Of a DNA stretch of 64,000 bases, positions 59,743 through 64,000 are shown one piece after another. A program made the position numbers and the translations under genes. Origin of the DNA: Plasmodiophora brassicae (lineage: Eukaryota); the NCBI GenBank assembly GCA_036867785.1, contig CP145420.1:682001-746000 (forward strand). Reading direction: 5' to 3'. The notes under the pieces are model-generated. The model did not search any database and had not been told where the DNA came from. It saw only the letters and a program-made list of their open reading frames with translations. Positions within the stretch are counted from its first letter, which is position 1; every line of letters begins with the position of its first letter.

Positions 59743-60865
59743 TCAGTTGCCTTGTGTCGGCAGCGGGTGGGCCGGCCCAGTTGGCGTCACGTACGCGGCA
59801 GTCAGGCCTCCATCGACAAGGAACTCCGTCCCAGTCACGAAGGATGCTTCGTCACTTGCCAGGAATAACGCGCCAGCCGCCATCTCGTAGCTCTCGCCGA
59901 AACGTCCCATTGGCACTGTGGCAAATCAGAACAGATGTGCTTGTCTGACCTCCATGATGACTTCGTACCATGAACCAGTCGGCGCTCCTTCTTCTCGTCC
60001 GTGTCGAGGAACTTCATTAGGAGTTCAGTGCGGACAGGTCCCGGGCACAATGCGTTGACGCGGATGCCCTCGCGAGCGTGGATCACTGCAAGCTCGCGTG
60101 TCATGGCGAGAACGGCCCCCTTGCTGCTTGTGTAGGCCAGCTGCGGCGTCGCCGCTCCAACGATCGCCACGAAGCTGGCTGTATTGATGATACTACCTCC
60201 ACCAGCACGCCTCATGGCTGGTATACCGTACTTGCAACCGAACCAGACGCCTCGTATCGACATCAGTAAGAGGCTGGTGCGGTACTGAACGGCACCAACC
60301 TTTTACGTTAATGTTCATGGTTGTGTCCCACACCGATTCAGGCGTTGTCTCCGCATTATCTGTGGGAGGATGAGCCAGAACACGCGACGGGTCACGTATA
60401 TGGAACACAACCGTCTTCGGACAACATCACACCGGCGTTGTTAAATAGAATGTTCAGCTTCCCAAACTCCTTCTCGGCCGTCTCAACCATCTGTAAGGGT
60501 AGCTTAGAGTAATACGGGAATAGTACTCGAGACAGCAACACCAATAACCTTTTGGCACTGGGCTTCCTTGGAAACATCGGTGGCAATGGCAACTGCAGGG
60601 CACGACGGGTATTCATCCTTCAGCATTTTCACGGTTTCATGCGCCGCGCTCTCATTTATATCGGACACAACTACAGAGTTCATTAGGTGGATCATGAAAT
60701 GGACAGCAAGGTAAAGCCCTATTTCCAACCGAGACTGGCACCTTCACGTGCGAACAGCAAGCAGGAATGCCGGCCGATGCCGCCCCCGGCTCCGGTCACG
60801 ATGGCGACCTTCCCCTCCAACCGCCCGCGGAGGTTTGTCGATAGGCATCTCACCGTTCGTTTCAT
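59743..60865 (-). CDS. Classical short-chain dehydrogenase/reductase, multi-exon
   Basis: [46 protein letters not shown]. Confidence 0.93.
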
Positions 60866-61055
60866 GAAGCCCAACATAACTCGCTAGGGGCTCGCGACGT
60901 ACGCCGTCACTCCGCACTTGATTAGGTAAACGCCCCGAAGGCCAAATCGAGAAGCGACCTGGAGGTACCCGCACGCACTCGGGACCCGAGTCCGTCCGTA
61001 ACCTGGAACATGTCCGACCTGTCGACGTTGCTCTCTGTACACATAAAACAAATGG

Positions 61056-61698
61056 CGAAACCAAGTACCCAACTGCACTGCCATCGCCTTCTTCTCCCGT
61101 CGATCCAACGACCTTGCCCGACGTGGACGCCGCCGAGCGTGCGCTTTCGTGCGCTTTACGCGCCTTCCAGATCCTGCAGTATGCATCCTTCATTGAAATG
61201 CGGGTCAGTTGACGTAACACAAAGCGCGCTTAGCCCTTCAGCCAGCTAGCCAGGAGCGCGCGAGCGCCCGCTGACAGTGGCTGGGTCGACGAGAAATCGA
61301 CGCGGGCAATGCCAGCGATTAGGTTCAACCACTCACTCGCCGCCAGATCGTCAGAATCACCGGAAAATTCACTCAACGACCACTAAGTCGTCGTGACAAC
61401 AGGATCGGCTAAGGTGATATGTGGCGACGGCTCAGCAGGTGTCGCGGAGGCATCGGTGGTCGGCAAGGGCGTAGGCGGCCTAGCGAGCGGGCGGCTGGCG
61501 AACACGGTGTGAAAGCTCCTCAGCTGCTCCTCAGCGCGAGCCCGCATTTCAGTGAAGAATGCATCCTGCAGTTCCTGCTGGATCTGGAAGATGCGTAAAG
61601 CGCCCGAAAGCGCAAGCTCGGCGGCGTCCACGTCGGGAAAGGTCGTTGGGTCAACGGGAGAAGAAGGCGATGGCAGTGCAGTTGGGTACTTGGCTTCG
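61056..61698. repeat. Inverted repeat: arms ~61056-61204 and ~61541-61698, spacer ~335 bp
   Basis: ccaagtacccaactgcactgccatcgccttcttctcccg...gaaatgcggg occurs on + at 61061 and on - ending near 61693; scattered substitutions and a 9-nt indel. Confidence 0.9.
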
Positions 61699-61887
61699 TC
61701 ATCCACCGAGCCCGTCAAGCCGGAGCGCGTACGAGTCATCAATGAACGATCGGGATAAATTCGAACAACAAGGCCGGGGATCACTGGAAAAATAAAAGTA
61801 CCGAATTAGTGCCGTCCCCTTGATTACCCAATCAGCACTTTATCGGCATTTAACGGCACTACCAAGTAACGCTTTGGGACCCGTGAT

Positions 61888-62027
61888 TGAGGATCCACGT
61901 CTGCCGTGAGTCAAGACTGTCATGGACTGGTATGCATGAGTCACGCGACAGTGTGGACGGTGAGAGTGTGCCACCAGGAATAAAGGAGGTTCCCCAAAAG
62001 CATTCCTACCGTGAACACTTCGTTTCA
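61888..62027 (+). mobile_element. Putative 5' LTR of a Copia element (5' edge uncertain: 61884 or 61888)
   Basis: TG...CA ends, internal AATAAA at 61979, immediately followed by a PBS and the gag ATG. Confidence 0.55.
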
Positions 62028-62047
62028 GATTAAGAGTCCCATCGCTC
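62028..62047 (+). promoter_or_regulatory. Primer-binding site complementary to the anticodon arm of tRNA-Lys(CUU)
   Basis: GATTAAGAGTCCCAT(C)GCTC is the reverse complement of GAGC-ATGGGACTCTTAATC, the eukaryotic tRNA-Lys(CUU) D-arm/anticodon segment as recalled. Confidence 0.7.
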
Positions 62048-62050
62048 GAT

Positions 62051-62808
62051 ATGTCGACCACCAGCACTAGCACGCCGGACGTCAGCGGCGCCGACTCCAA
62101 GGACCACGTGTCGATGACCACCGGAGTCAGACTGACGGGCGCGGACAACTACACGACATGGGCGTTCGCGATGACCGCCATGCTGGACGCGCACGGGCTT
62201 GCCGATTACGTGGACAAGTCCAAGTCGGCGCGTGCCACGGATGAGAGGAAGAAGGCCCGAGCCATGTTCGCCATCACGCGGAACATCGGGACGTCCCATA
62301 TGGCTCTGATCAAGGGATGCACCAGAGATCCCGCTGGAGCGTGGGACATCCTTCGCGATGAATACGCCGGGAAGTCCAACCAGGACACGGCGACTCTGCT
62401 GATAGAGCTATTCGGGAAGAGGCTGGACCCCTGCCCGTCAATCGAGGAGGCGAAGGCGCATTTCGAGCGCATGAACGACCTGAACTTGCGATTGAGGGAG
62501 ATACAGGAGGACCGAGCACTTCCCGATGTGATCCTGTCGGTGCTCATGGCGATGCCGCTTCCTAACGACATGGAGCAGATCCGCTACGCGCGCCTTTCGG
62601 GCCCGGCTGAGATGCTGACATCGAGAACTATTCGAGACGACGTGATATCGCTGCTCCGTCGCATGGCGGTGACGGATGGTGCGGCGGCCAACTCTGGCGA
62701 TGCCGCGATGAATGCGAACTCGGGCGGTGGCGGTGGACGACGACGCCGGTTTCGGGGGAATTGCTTTGAATGCGGGAAGGCGGGCCACCGCGCGGCGAAC
62801 TGCCGTCA
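62051..62808 (+). mobile_element. gag: Ty1/Copia gag, truncated after the zinc knuckle (no pol in the window)
   Basis: LTGADNYTTWAFAMTAMLDAHGL (Copia gag N-terminus), UBN2-like core (AWDILRDEY, LPNDME), CCHC knuckle CFECGKAGHRAANC. Confidence 0.9.
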
Positions 62809-63035
62809 GCGCGCTGGCCCGCCTTCCCGCATTCAAAGCAATTCCCCCGAAACCGGCGTCGTCGTCCACCGCCCGAGTTCGCATTCATCGCGGCATCGCC
62901 AAAGTTGGCCGCCGCACCATCCGTCACCGCCATGCGACGGAGCAGCGATATCACGTCGTCTCGAATAGTTCTCGATGTCAGCATCTCAGCCGGGCCTGAT
63001 AGGCGCGCGTAGCGGATCTGCTCCATGTCGTTAGG
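62561..63035. repeat. Near-perfect palindrome of the gag 3' part: arms 62561-62793 and 62809-63035, 15-nt loop
   Basis: Direct comparison shows 4 substitutions and one 6-nt indel over ~230 bp. Confidence 0.95.
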
Positions 63036-63229
63036 CGATTTTCCAACAAAGCGCTCGTACGTTCTTGCAAACCGCTTAGAATGGAATGGTACCCCAGGTA
63101 TTGACACTATGGTATTCTCGTTAAACAATAGAATAAACGTCCACGAACCGTCGGCCTCGGTTGACGGTTAATCCGTGTTGTGAGACAATATCGTCTGTCG
63201 TGTCGTCTCCTGACAGCGATCAGCATGGG

Positions 63230-63385
63230 CCCGTTCGCGTTCCTCTTCAGAGCCGCCGCGGCGTTCAGCAGGACGATTCTCCGCATATCGAACTTGTCGG
63301 CAACTTCAAGCGCGGTCACAACGTCTTTGTATTCGGCGGGTAAGTTGTAGAGCATAGTGGCCGAGGTCAAGAGTCCCAGCTTCAC
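63230..63385 (-). mobile_element. Degenerate Copia gag (UBN2-like) fragment from a different family
   Basis: ATMLYNLPAEYKDVVTALEVAD resembles the LL.SLP.EY..vvtale gag motif. Confidence 0.5.
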
Positions 63386-64000
63386 CGGTCTCACGCGATG
63401 TCGACTGACACAGGTCGCTTGTGTCTCTCGACGATTCATCGTGGTCGTTCTCCGAGCTCGACATAGAGCGAACATCTGCAGCGGCCGATTGGGAGCGCAG
63501 TGATCAGTACAGTCATTCGTGCCCAGCCATTCAGTCAGTGACGAACGATTCGCCTGCGTTTGCCAGACGCGTGCAGTGTGACGGCGCGGCGACTCGTCCG
63601 CGTGCGACGAGCAGGTCCATTGCCGTCGGCAGCAGCGTCGTCGTCAACGGCCTCGTCAGCCTGGTCGGATCGGTTGCCCCGTCGCTGGCGAATGGCGGCG
63701 ACGTACGTGCCCACCGTATCGTCGACGATGCCGTGAAACTCCGACGACGTTCCCTCGGCCTTGGCCGAGAGTCCAGGATCACCAGCTCGAACGCGTTTAC
63801 GAAATATGCATGTGCGCGCCTCGAGCTCAGTCCGATCTCGACGAGCGTGCGCCCCACAGCGCCGATCAGCCTCAGAGCGTGCTTATAAGGACGCGCCAAT
63901 CGATGCGTGCAGCGCCGCACGTCTCCAGTAGGTCGTTGTAACGGGCAGCTATGGCGGGCGCGCGTTTTCTGGTCGTGAGGTATAGCACCAAAGACGCGGG

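Noticed and set aside
62809-62968. Novel C-terminal extension of gag
   Set aside because: Simply the antisense read-through of the inverted arm
62628-63128. Second gag gene on the minus strand
   Set aside because: Product of the palindrome: it starts mid-gag and its zinc knuckle is broken (GQR, no final Cys)
63421-64000. ORFs on both strands at the window end
   Set aside because: No recognisable pol or transposase motifs; probably degenerate repeat DNA that cannot be assigned
1-64000. tRNA, rRNA or prokaryotic operon/defence systems
   Set aside because: None recognised; the only tRNA-related sequence is the 20-nt PBS, and the genes are spliceosomal-intron eukaryotic genes

Overview
Compact, GC-rich eukaryotic DNA, not prokaryotic. 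It holds about 35 genes with short (~50-70 nt) GT-AG introns and very short intergenic spacers. Flagellar genes (CCDC40, a p25alpha-repeat protein) and a putative secreted Skp1-like/ankyrin protein suggest a zoosporic biotrophic protist such as a plasmodiophorid (Plasmodiophora-like); this taxonomic call is inference only. Recognisable genes: MCM8 3' end, CXC/tesmin protein, cyclic-nucleotide-gated K+ channel, MetAP1, multi-CBS protein, LIM proteins, linker-histone-like protein, LRR-RhoGAP, acyl-CoA thioesterase, RsuA-family pseudouridine synthase, RPL13A, V-ATPase d, RanBP1, ABCG, CCDC40, PXMP4, eIF3f, uridine kinase, FAM32A and an SDR. Most notable: (1) an intronless plant-type PLS-E1-E2-DYW PPR gene whose deaminase motif reads HSD instead of HSE; (2) a truncated Copia element whose PBS matches the anticodon arm of tRNA-Lys(CUU), implying half-tRNA priming, and whose gag folds back into a ~475-bp near-perfect palindrome beside a second inverted repeat; (3) candidate effector or surface families: Skp1-ANK, a three-copy membrane family and a small secreted protein. 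Exon boundaries were read by eye and several gene starts are approximate.
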